This document shows positions 1 through 13,500 of a stretch of 64,000 bases of DNA, one piece after another; within the stretch, counting starts at the first letter, position 1; each line of letters starts with the position of its first letter. The notes under the pieces were generated by a model. It ran no database searches and was not told the origin of the DNA. It saw nothing but the letters and a program-made list of their open reading frames with translations. The position numbers were made by a program, and so were the translations under genes. Origin of the DNA: Balanoglossus misakiensis (lineage: Eukaryota > Animalia > Hemichordata); assembly GCA_040954595.2 (NCBI GenBank), contig CM082579.2:10901625-10965624 (forward strand), given 5' to 3'.

Positions 1-2230
1 ACATTGATTTCCAAACCTGGGCCCACCATATACAAATTAACTGAATAAGATCATGTCAGAATGAATTTCAAAAATCATCATCTGGATAATCGTAGATTGT
101 CACAAAATGGACACTTCATTTCAATTTAGTTCTTCTAAGTGTGGATACTGATTGATATTTTTTGTAAGAACAAATCTATTTTACATATGGCACAAAAAGA
201 TTTGACCTGACCTAACCACACATTATCAATGATTGGTTTACAGTTTATGGAAACTACATGGATATTTCAGTTACAATTACTGTTAGTGTTGTTTAGTGTA
301 GGACGTGTAGTTTTGCAGTTTTTAAATCCCTTTGGTTTGATGCCATTGTTTTCAATTCCAAAATGGACGGGTACACAGGAAGTTTTGGTAAAAGAACTGA
401 AAAAGTCAAGAATTTCAAAATAATATTGTAAATTTCAGGTCAGTGACTGTCAACCCTTTTTATAGGTCCGTACCGGTACATAGAAACAAAATCAACCAAT
501 CAGTCTTCACAAAGCAACATTTTATCGCATTGTAAAATGCCAGATTGCAGTGTATTCCATGGCCTACCTCATCATCATTATTCCCAGTGTCAGAAAAAAA
601 ACAGACTATTTTGGGATGACTCGTGTTACCTGAATATGGCCAGGTAACATGGCTGGGTGCACTGTCACGGTAGTATTTTCTCATCAGAGGTCAACTCTCT
701 AAAAAAGTCGGACATCAACCGACAACATGATCTTAGGTTGTATACTATTGTTGGTGATATGTTTTAGTATCATACAGCAACTGTTGAAATGAAATAGTCA
801 TGGACAAATTGACTGGAACCCTCTCTCACTATCACAATATCCACCATTCAAGAATACCTTTTTCCTCCCAACTGAGTCTAATCTGCTGACATGTTGTACA
901 AGTTTCTAATTCCTCTCTGACAATCAACTTGCAACACATCATATCAATTTCAAGAATGTTTACTCTTTGTATGTAAGTATCTATGAACTTTTTAATGTTA
1001 ATTAATTTCAAGCAATAAAATGTTAATCTTTAAAAAAAGTGATGCCCAGCAATGTACATGTGTCCATTTTTTGTGTGGAATATTGCATTTCACGCGAACG
1101 TTACAACAAAGGACACACACAGAATGGATACCTACACATCTACGAAAACACTTCAGAATTGAAGATGGAAAATAAAGTCATTATTAGGTGTGGGCCCAGT
1201 CTTCCTATTGACATTTTCTGGATTGTTTTTGTAGATCAATAGTTGGGGCTGTGGTCTTGCAAAGCAATCTTTTTGATTTCAAAATGCAGAAGCCTTTAAG
1301 TACATGATAGATTTATTCATCAATGAGCCATTTGCATTAATATTCTGCAATTACATGTAGAGTTCAATAGACTGATGGCAAATATAATCTCTGTCCAATT
1401 TATCATATTCAGAAAGGAATGCTACAATCAATAAAATTTTCAACAGAACAGAATATCACAGAGCTAGCCCCAAACAATAAAATAATGTTTAATATCCATA
1501 ATTTGAACAGCAAGAAGTAGAATAAATTTTTGAACAAAATTAACCACCTTGGTAATACAATGATTCATATATATACTGCACTTTGAAAAATAAAATCTCT
1601 CCAACATTGTGCAGGTTTTGCAGTTTCTCACGTCAGTTCTTTTTCATATCTCTTCAAATCACTTTTCATGGTATGATTGTTTTCATTTCCTGTCAGGATG
1701 TCATACTTGTATAAAAGAAGTTACCATGACAACGCAAGGCTACTTGTCTTTTACCAGTAATGAACTTTTTCTCTGAGACATCAATGGAGTGGGATGCTGC
1801 CACCGAGATGCTCAAAATTCCCGGACAGAAACAAATCGCAAGATATCTAGTTTCAGAAGCTCTGACACTATTTGCTCTAAATTGGCACTTCTAAAGTTAC
1901 CTGATGATATGCTTAATACAACTCACATGTAAAAGTCCCTGTAACGCTTTATCAAAGCAGAATTGTTCTGTGTAGTAAACAGCAAATTGCTGATAATGAT
2001 TATGTAAATACCATTATTGCACCATTTATTTGAAGTGTAGAGCTATATAGTTTAATGACAAAATTGTCAATTTGTAAATCATGAGCAGTCGTTCATTCTT
2101 CAATGTGTTCAATGTTTTGAGGTTGACTTCAGATAAAGTAGTCAGCAAATATTGCTTGATACATGAGGTGACACAAACGACAGACATTTCCAAATTTGTG
2201 AGTACTTTGTCAATGTCAAATGGATGGATG

Positions 2231-2439
2231 TACTGTAAAACACTTTATTTTCGCGAGTTGACATTTTCGCGATATCGAGAGAGGCCACTGTTTCGCGAGT
2301 ATTAATTTTCGCATTCTCTTATTTCATTCACTGCATCGTTATCTTCAAAAAAAAATTTTATTTTTATTTTCACGCTATTTTGACCCGCGCTTATTTCGCG
2401 AAAAATTTATTGCTCGCGAAAATCAAGTTTTTTACAGTA
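2231..2439. mobile_element. MITE family A copy (~210 bp, TA-flanked, Tc1/mariner-like)
   Basis: Termini TACTGTAAAACACTTTATTTTCGCGAG and its near reverse complement; six copies in the window. Confidence 0.85.
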
Positions 2440-3815
2440 TTTAGGAAAGTCAGGGACTAACTTCATAAATGGCTTAATACCAGATAGCCACCTACCGTAC
2501 AACCTTGGGTGTACATTCCCGGTATACCTTGATGGCATATTCATAGTATAGTCTAGAATCTAAGAGCTGTAGATTTTCATGACCAAAATTTACATCAGAT
2601 ATGCTTTGAAATTCAGATTAAACAATAAATGTATGTTTTCAAAAATTTAATCCCTCAAAAGTGAAGTCAATTTCATCATAGCAACAAATTCTTGTGACTG
2701 AAATAAAAACTGCAGTCCGTTTCTGTGATATGAGCACAGATACACATACACCTCAAAATTACATTACTCCATCTTAAGCCTCTTTTTAATTAAGCAAAAC
2801 TCTGTCACTTACCAGATCTTTAGTATCAACTTTGTATCTGTGGATGGACAATTTAAAATATACTTCAATGCTGGCATGAAAGGATACCTTGAAATAGAGT
2901 TCATTGTCATAATATGAAAATCTCAAAACCATCGTCTATGATGTAAATTTTTGGAGTGTACAGCTACACAAGCTACCGGTGGTTCTTACCTAAAACTTAT
3001 AAGTACCGTACAATGTATATCTTTCATTCGTTTCTCTTCTGTTTAACAAAGAGGATGAACCTGAAGACATAAAAAACCCTGTCTGAATTCATGAGCTTCA
3101 AATGTGCCAGTAAACCTGATGAATTGTGAAGAAGTCCTTTCTTGATGACATATTTGCATCTAAAGACAAAATAATGAGAGATTCATTTCAGACTATAACT
3201 ACATTATAATTTCAATACCATTTTAATAACATTTCACATAACCTGATTTTTATCTGTTTAATACAACCCCCAAATGTTGCAGACTACGATTGAAGAATAC
3301 GTACAAGGCTTCAAATGTTTTCAATCTCAACGCTATTTGCTCTGCTAGTCAAACTTTAATTTTAATACACAGTTTTACAAAAATATGTATATACATGTAT
3401 AATGCTGCTAAAATAGAAAAGTTGTAAAATAGTAAAATCACAGTACTGTCATGTGAGGGCAGTATTCTACAGTATTCTGAAAACACTGGCTCCATTCACT
3501 TCAACCATATATAACCTGTAAAAGGTCTTTAACCCTTTCTTACCAAAACATTCGGTTTAATCCCACGGAAATGAGGCTGTAAATTTTCATTGCTATAAAA
3601 AGAAACATGTCATGTAATTAGAGCATTTGACAGTTCCTTGGATAAATCAGACAAAATGAAGCAATTGTATAATGAGTCAATATAAGAAGGAATACAACTA
3701 TTATTATTAAACCGCAAAGTATTGATAAGCAGGAACTTCCTCTTTAAAAATAGCTGTGTACCCAGGATCCATCACTTTTCCTCCGGATACGTCATTCTAT
3801 TTAAAGTGTGTAGCT

Positions 3816-4075
3816 CGTCTCACGCGCATGCGCGTAACTTCCCAGCAAATTTTCCATTCGATGCATTCAAATAGTGGACTGCCTTCGCTTCCTTCCATAT
3901 TTCATGCGCACCGTATAAGTAGATTCTGGTTTTGTCCCTCCTTTTCACCCAAGCTAGTGTCTTTTCCCGATCTCCGACACAGATTATGGTCGCCGCCATC
4001 TTCTCTGTTGTTAGGACAGAGCACTGCCTTATGGGATTGACTGTTCACTAAACGTCTGTAACCAGCGGCTACAGT
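3816..4075. repeat. Dispersed ~300-bp repeat, second copy at ~21830-22140
   Basis: Shared TCTTTTCCCGATCTCCGACACAGA(T/C)TATGGTCGCC and GCACTGCCTTATGG.ATTGACTGT. Confidence 0.7.
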
Positions 4076-4525
4076 TGGAACGTGCGTGTGAGACGAGCTA
4101 GGCGCTCTAAACAACAAGCGACCTCAGAGGACTTTACAGCCCAGCTGTATTTCTTTGCATTATAAACAAGATAATTGCTTCAGAATTAAATGGCGCACTT
4201 CTCTTGAGACTTGGACAAACTTGATAGCAGAGCAATCAAAGGCAAATATATGTCGTAAAATATAGTAATGCAAAATACATCACATTTTCTACAAATTTGT
4301 CTTAGAAGTGAGTTAGGTCACCCCTAACAACATGCATACCAAATTTAAAATCTCGACAAGCATGAGTGGTCATCATTTCACCTGACCAAGGTAGTTACAG
4401 AAAAAGAACATGTTCACGTAAAATGACATCATCAATAAATATGCTAGTTCAGCAAATCAAAGTGCATAAGAAGTGCAGGATACATCAGAATATGCAAGAG
4501 TATAACAGCAAGAGTATCATCCATT

Positions 4526-7500
4526 TCAGACAGGTCTGACTGTATGTAGTCCAAACACATCTTGGCCAATGGCTGGGATGTGACGTTGACCTTGTCCCCA
4601 GTTGTCTAGTTCATGGTTGAAGGAAACCCGATGAGTAATTCTGTGATTTATTTTAAAACCACTGCCTTCTAACTGCGTCAGAACATTGAGAACTTGTCTG
4701 AAATATGAACAGAGGCAAAAATGATTATGTTGACGTTTGAGAATTGGCTCAAGAGTTATTTTCAGTGTAGTAAAATTTGTCTAATCTGGACACCAATGAA
4801 CCCCAAAAAGCAACAACGCAAGTTTAGAAATAAATGAATTCTTATGATTAAAGTCCATACCACTATCACCTAACATAGAATGAGTACAAGGCCCATCTTT
4901 GTCTATGGTTGAAGACACACTCTAAATGCAGACACACACAAAAAGAGCACCATTTTGTAAGCTCACCTGTGTAATGGTGGTACACTGTCAATGGTTATTA
5001 AACAACCTCTTGTAGACACCACATTGAAGCTGTTGGTACAGTCACATTTGATGTGCAATGATCGATCGGGATAACGATTCTCAACGACCACAATCAGACC
5101 GGCCCATCCATGATCCAAATAGTAACAAGTCACTCCTTGCCTACCCTGCAATGTTTCAAATACAACACTTTCAGTGACTTCATAATCTACTATTGAAATA
5201 TCAGTATCCGGAAATAAACCTCCTTATTATAATGTCTTTATTGCGAGAACCAGCCCTATTGTTTTTGTGAGGTTGGAACAATACAGAGAGAAATAGGGAT
5301 GACAGGGTCAATTGCCTGAGGTGACAGAACTGTTATTTGCACATCTGAATCAGATACTGTAAAACACTTTATTTTCGCGAGTTGAAATTTTCACGATATC
5401 GAGAGAGGCCACTGTTTCGCAAGTATTAATTTTCGCATTCTCTTATTTCATTCACTGCATCATTATCTTCAAAAGAAATTACAGGACTTTTTATTTTCAC
5501 GCTATTTTGGCTCTCGCTTATTTCGCCAAAATTTATTGCTCGCGAAAATAATGTGTTTTTACAGTACTCTGCTCCATGTATTGATGTGGGCACATCTTTG
5601 TGAGGAGAAACTAGGCATGATGTGTTCGTACCTCATGTCTTGAGCCAGCAACTATGGCCAACTGTATCACAGCATCAGCCAGGAATGTACCCGAGGGTTT
5701 GATCTGGTCCACTACCACTTCTCTCGTACTGTGTATGGTCAACGTGTACCCTGGTTGTGTGCGCTTCCTCACAGGACTTTTAGCACCTGGTAAATAAACA
5801 GAGCAATTTAACAACAAGGACAAAATTCAATCACATTCCGGTCTACAGCTATCCTGATTATCACGCATTCTACCATCATATGGAAAGATGCCCCTACCTG
5901 TTTCATTTCTACAAAATCAGATTGAGTTAAGCTTGAATCTTATGTTTAAAGGTATACAGTCACCTCCAATTTACATACGCCCATATATGGCTGAAATGGC
6001 GTATTTGAGCATTCTAAAGAACATATGGTGGCACTCTTATTTTCGCGTGTGCCACCCACTGAAAATCTGTGATTGGGTAGATCTCAATTTGCCATGGGAA
6101 CTAGAGCTAATTTTCCATAGGTGACTGTATACCTTTAATTGATCGTTTGACTGATTTAATACCCAGAAAATTTACAAAATTTGCAAACTTCATCACTTGC
6201 TCCCTTTGATCTGTGTAACATGTTTTCTTTCTACATACCCTGCATATCAACTCCTGTTGTCCAATGATTGAATGCTGTACATACAATGATATAGGGTCCT
6301 GGTTCTAATATGGCGCTACAACCAACAACATTCTTGAGCTGTCTCCGACAAAACGAATCCACCTTGTATATGCCAGTGGTACTCATATCAGCTGTTCTGA
6401 GGACTATGATTCCAAGATCTAGCAGACTGCGGGCATTCTTCTGTTCACGTCTGGTAAAGCAACAGAATACAGTCATGTTAATTTGTGTGAAGGATTATAA
6501 GATTTTATTTGGTTTGCAGAAAAGGCAGGTTATGGGAATTAATGACACACACCGTGACTACAGAGTCAATTTGTGTTCTACCTTCAGGTGGATGATGATG
6601 TTTGGACACATGCTCATGTATTCTATGTTAAATTACTGGAATGATGTCATCTTGGTTGATCTGATAACTGGCTCTATTGAGAGGGATGGGTCATTATCTC
6701 TGTACATCATATTAAAGCCATGTAGTCAAAGGAGTTCAACACACAGTATATAATCATGATGAAATGATATCAACAAAGTGATTCCAAATCTGACTTTGGC
6801 ACTGCTTCCATTGTACGTACCTGCCACCCTCTTGAAATAGTCCAAACTCAACTTCTGTTGGTTCACACACTGTCAAGATTGTGACCTCCAAAGCTCCACC
6901 CGCATAATCTGAGAAGATTCCACTTATTCTGGATTCGAACCAATCAGATCTTGTCTTGCATATGTCAACACAGTCAAAATATCTACAAGTTAAATGAATA
7001 CATATACCGGTATGCTAGTTATTTTACCATACAGAATACTAGTAAGTCCGCATATTAAACTACATAGAACTTAGAGTGTTACCGTAGTACACAAAAACAT
7101 CCGTGGAAAGTGTGTTACATATGCAGGAATTAAAAGTGACTCCCAACAAGTCACACTTGGGATAAAATACAAACTCTTACTTCATGACATCATCCAGTGA
7201 CATCCAAAAAACACCTTCAGAAGCGCCATGTGCCACCAAAGCTTCTCTCAAATCGGCCGTCCATTTTGGCGAGTCGTCAGCCCAGTCACCTTTCCAAGAA
7301 TATGTACCCCATGGATTACGAAATCTTATCAATCTGCATAATACACAAACAAAACAAAATCAAGGAAGTCTGGATGACGATCATTCAAAAAAAGATTCTG
7401 TGTCTTATGGAGATTGCTATATCTTGTGGGATCAATTATTACCACTGTAACATACAATAAATATGACAATAATTATAGTATGATTACTGATTAAATGACA

Positions 7501-10500
7501 CAAGTAGCACACGTATCCACAATGAAGACAATCATATTGTGATCCAATTAACAAAGTAGCCTTGGAAACTGGGTAGTTGGTTGCCATAGCAATGAGGGTA
7601 AGGTTGACAGGTCAAGGTGTGAGGTGGCAATCAAGTTCTCCCCACACCAATCCCTGTCCCCCTTACCCCTTCATTACATTGTCTTCTTGCACTCCACTGC
7701 TCCAGGATCATGTGACCAGTGAATTAAAGAACCAATTTCAACACGATGTTTAATAGAAACATATATCTTATGCACTCCCACAGAAAATTGGCTAGTATTG
7801 GCCTCAGTCCTACTGGTCAATGGTCAAAGCATAAATTATTAGTATTTTTATGCACATACAAATATCTATAAAATACATAGATACATGTAACACACACACA
7901 CATACATACATGTACACACACATACATACATACATACATACATACATACATACATACATACATACATACACACACAGACTGACAGACAGAGATGGTAAAT
8001 CATAAGATGCTACTTTTGAGAATGATAAATGATTCCATTACATTCATTCAATGGGCAGCTATGTTATGTTCACTTTGATTTCACAAAGTTGGATGACAAT
8101 CTTGTCACTACACACCAGTTTTTATTTGCCACCACTCTTTGCAATCTACACTAAACGGATATGTCTGAATCCATGTCTCACCTTTCTCCACAGATATCCT
8201 GTACATCCAGCACAGAATAGGCATGTCTTGGCCTTAATCCCATATCATGATAATCAGCATCAATCACTTTCATAGTGCCACCACCACACGACGCTCCCAT
8301 CAAGAATCTGAGGTTTAGAGTGAGAAACAGGATTGTCATCACTGTGCCCTACAACTGACAAATAAATAATTCTCAAAAGAAACTTTTGAGCAGTCCTCAC
8401 ATCTTACTTTGTGCGATTTAGCATAGTAATTTAGCAATGTGGAATCCCTGAGCAGTGTCCACATTGTTACCTATAGCATTTCTCACTGTACTAGACATAC
8501 CCAGCTTCCTTGGAACTCAACAATTTCACCCAGACAAGATCGGGCTCTATGGGATCATCTGTTGGCTTCAATCCGCTACCTGAAATGAAGACAAGAAATC
8601 TCAAGCACTGCTTATCACCATACCACCTTCGGGGGAAAATTCACAAGGAGCCTTCTGATCGACATGAGTGTCACAACCAGCAATATACCAGTCTCGGCTT
8701 AAATTCATATCTCCCTTGTCAATGAATTGTGTTCCTTCCAATCAAGTTTTCTGCAAAAACTTTCTAGCAATGCTTTGGTACCAACCTATACTACAGTCAA
8801 ACCTGTGTTAGTGGCCACCTCATTTCAAGTAATTTGGGATGAATAAAACTTACTTTGTAGTTGTAGGCTTTCACATGGGGCTCCAGTTAGTGTGGCCAGA
8901 CCTTCAATACATCTACCAGACACCACTGCTTGGTAACATCCGTGCAATTTAGCCAGTGCCTTCTCTATCAACGGTACAAACAATTGTTTTCTCTTAGCCT
9001 GAAATAATAACACAGCGTGACCCACTTGAGAGGAGTGACAATAAAATACAAACAAAAGTCCTGCTGAAAATTTTCTTGTACATTGTACATTTAAATCCAG
9101 AATTCTCCCTATCTTAAATAGGTTTTAAGCTACCTAAGTGAGTGATGAAAATCTCACATGGTTGACACAATTTCAAGATGGCCGATTTTTGCCATGTTTA
9201 AGAAATGGGAGTTCATATTAGCTAACGTGATGATGGGTTATTCTGAAACTTTGTAACAGAAAAAATAACAAAATGTGAAAAAAGTTTAATGAGTTTTAAT
9301 ATGGTAACTACAGAGACAGACATGTTTGACTAAAGAAAGTCATGAAATACAGTAAACATATCATTTCTTCTATCTCTTACTCCAGTGGGTTGTCGACTTT
9401 TCACCCAGAATGCAATGTGATTTGACCCCCAAGCGCAAAGTGAAAGCCTACCTGAGAATACACAAGTAAATTATTGTGATCACAGGGTAACAGGTCGTCA
9501 ATGACAACAGTGGTCCAGACACCATCTTTGCACAGTCGGACTTGATAAACACCTTCTGGAATGTACTCTCTTGTAATCATAATCTTCTCAACCAAATCAG
9601 GCCTTTCTGCCAACACGGCCAATGCGCTTAAAAACCTAAAAAGAGAAAACCAGGTAAGCCTCACATGTGAGAGAGTCGATTTTAACTTCAATCCACGATT
9701 GACTTCACAATACAGTGCTCTGTTTTCAGACAACTAGTTGACATAAAATATATCACAGGTTGAAAGGGGGTCAAGGTGCAAAGGGCTAATACCATTAGTC
9801 TGTATAGTGCCTTTCTCACGTGCCGTCAACGCCGCCCCAGCGGCTGCCCTAGGGCGGCGTTAATTTGTAAGTGCCATGTGTGAAAAGGTGAGAGCGGCCC
9901 TGCGCCGCTCTTTTTTTGTGACGGTGTTGAGGGGTGGGACCTGGGTCGGGGCGCCGCACTAAACAGCGATTCAAATCACGTGTGAACAGAAACACCGCAC
10001 TAAACGCCGATCTAAACGCACTCTGCCGACGCGGTTTGTCTCATTAACGCTGCATTAAGCGTTGAGGTTCACTTTACTAAAACAATGGCCGAAGCAGTGT
10101 CTCGAGGCAACAATTGGAGTGACGCGGAAATGGCCAAGGCACATACAAAGGAATTGCAAACTCGACCTCCGACAACGATTTTGTAGCATGGACTGCAGTC
10201 TTCCAATCGCAACCTCCAATGAAAGGTTACCATAAACGGGTATCGGGTCATTCAAATGCCCATAAAATCGGCGTCGACGACGTTTAAAAAGCAAATTCAA
10301 GAGTACCATATACAGTAAACACACGCTGCTGTGGACGCGCATAGAGGGCGATGACCCCGTCCCTTTTATACACATGTGAATGCAAAACTATTTGAGTCGC
10401 TGATAAGAAATGTTTACCAACTTTTAAAATCCCGAAAAGGGCGGCCTAACCATGGCACATGTGCAAGCGACTAATGCCATGCCCAATAAGCTTCAAGCAA

Positions 10501-13500
10501 AATAACACCCCCCCCCCATCAAAAGTAAATGATATGTATTTAAAGCTCCAGATAGCTGTAACTTTTCACAGTTTTGAGTATAATTTGTGTATCTACTGCA
10601 GTTTCTTGTTCAAATCCCTAAGCAAGACGAAATGCCCAGTATTCACTAACAATATGTATATTGTTAGCATTGTTATTGTGCAAATTTGAATTCAAGTCCG
10701 GACTAGAATTTAACAATGGCCGGTACACATACACAAGCTATGTTGACAAGTGGAGTACTGGTATTAGACTATATGCTGTTTGGAGTAAAGCGGGAAATTG
10801 TTTTACACAGAATAAAAGTGGTGAAACCAAAGCCAAAAGTTACAGCTGATGTCCCTTTATCAACCCTGAAACCTTTAAAGTGTATACCACTTCTTTGTAT
10901 CTCTCGCTGCCCATTTCCCATTAATTATGTTTGACACCGTTTGTTATTCTACGTGTGGATATATAGTGAATCAACGTTCGACCACACACAACTTCCATCC
11001 AACTTGTAGACACTAGAGTGAAAAACTCGCCAAAATGAATAATCGGTGTTTACCATTTATTTATTTTAGCGAGATTTGTACTCTCATATCGTACAAGTAA
11101 AACAGAGAGACTTTGTCCCTTTAAGTATGCAGACTTACCAACAGTTCCCCAGAATGCCTTGTGAGATATCAGATGGCATGGCAGTTCTGAAGACAGTCCA
11201 TTGTATCTTATGATCTCCACGAGATGTGCTCGCAATCTGACTTGGCCTCAACCAGTGACGTACTCTGGAATCCTGGGTGTCACTCGTGTAGTAGAGAGAC
11301 TTGGGGGCGGGGCAAAATCCATCATCCACAAATAAGGATTGGTCCTTCAGGATGCAAGCAGTACATGTTAGAAACAGGCAAGTGGTACTGTAAAACACTT
11401 TATTTTCGCGAGTTGAAATTTTCGCGATATCGAGAGAGGCCACTGTTTCGCGAGTATTAACTTTCGCGTTCTCTTATTTCATTCACTGCATCTTCTCTTC
11501 AAAAAAATTTACGCGACTTTTTATTTTCACGCAATTTTGGCTCTTGCGTATTTCGCGAAAAATGTATTGCTCGCAAAAATAACGTGTTTTCAGTATTTTG
11601 CAAAGACACACTTTCACAAAAATAACGTGTTTTCAGTATTTTGCAAAGACACACTTTCACATCTTGTAAATGAAACTATTGCGATTTAGAATAGCCTTGC
11701 ATATTCTTTTCATGTACAAATCTTGTGTTGTCAGAGACAACAAGATGTAACATCTAACATTACATAAAATTCCACAATAAATTTATGCAATTGTTGAATT
11801 GCATTTTTTGTCTTTTTACAATTTTAACTACTGGATTATTCAGCAGCTCTGAGCTGTCTAAAAAACTTTATAACTGCAATACAAACAGTTGTGCTATTTA
11901 GAACCTTTGACTCCTTTTAAGAATATCTGTTAGTAAATTTATTTTAAAATTTATTTAAATAATTGCCTGAAATTTAAAAATTCATATTGACTAGCAAGTT
12001 GCCTAATGACAGTCTTGAACTTGATGACACATGGATGGAGTAGACCTGCCAAGTTTACTTTTAAGTTTACCTCTTTGCAGAACTTCAAAATCACTTCAAA
12101 TTGCTGCTTAGCAGAATCTTCATCTTTCTTTCTTTTGGACTGCATCACTACACTCTTCTGTCGGTGAATTTTCCCGGATTTTGCTCCTTTGTCCTGATTT
12201 TTCTTATTCCGATCCAAGCCGCAGAGACTACACTTGAGCCGTTTGGCGCTGTTTTCCAACGTGCACCCGGAGCAGTTCCACTTCTGTGCCGAAGTTGTTG
12301 GAGCAGGGAAGCCTGCAGGCAGTGCTGCAGCGTTCGGTCTGACAGCGCCACAGACGCAGCACACGTTGACTAAATTCGTGTTGTTGTACGTACACATTGC
12401 ACACGCCCACTCATTGTCACTCGGAGGTGACGCAGGAGTTGCGGCTGAAGAGGACGACGTCTTCTGGCCGCCGCACGCGTTACATTCAAAGACATCGGCG
12501 GGATTCAACAACGTGCACGTCTGACACTGCCAGGTTTTCACTCGGACTGCATTGCTCCTGCTGATTGGCCCACCCGGAGACGTTGGAACAAACGTGACGG
12601 TCTCTTGTTCGAGGTTGATGGTGGCCATGCCTTGCTCGCCATCTCTGTTCTGTCCGCACACCTTGCAAGAGTCCACAATGTGCGGATTCTCTTCTGCTGT
12701 GCAATTTGTACACGTCCAGGTGACTTCAGCCGAGTCAGTAGTATCCATAGGTTGTAATGCATCAGTTTCAATTGATTTGTCTTTGTCCGATACACTGGCA
12801 CTGCTTTCATAATTTTCGGATGTATTGGTACTCTTTCTAGAATCGCCACTAATGTCAGAGTGACCGGTACTACTATCACTTCCATCATTGCCATCATCAT
12901 CACCACCATCTTTATCATTATCATTGTCGCCAGTATCATCGTTACCAATATCTTCACCATCATCATCACCATTGAATTTAGCACACTTAACATGTGGATC
13001 AACAACATCTTCTCTATTACCTGCACTATTCTCTAATTCTTTTGTTTGATTTAGTTTCATTTTCATACTCATCTTCTTTGGAATGTTACACTGAGTGCAT
13101 TTTTTTCCTGTATTTTTCACATAACAGCGTGCACACTGCCATTCTCGCGCAGTATCACTTGTTACCTTGGCATTGTTTCCTGTTTGTACATTCAAATCCA
13201 GGGTACAGGGAGGTTTTGACTTTGGAAGATATCCCGGCACAGCACTGCAAGCATCTTGTCCCTGTACAGTCACAGGTGATTTAAGTTTACTGTTTATTCG
13301 GGAATTATCATCTGTTGGCTTTACAATTATTTCCTTCGGTCGCTTCGGAGATTTACCAGCTGGTGACTTCCGCAGGCCATTAGCGTCTCTGTTTGCTTTG
13401 AAATCACTTCCCGGAGGACTTGTCAAATCTATCAAATCTTGGAGATTGGGAAGGGATGGCTTTTTGGGTGCTGCACAAATACTGCACGATTTGACACTGG

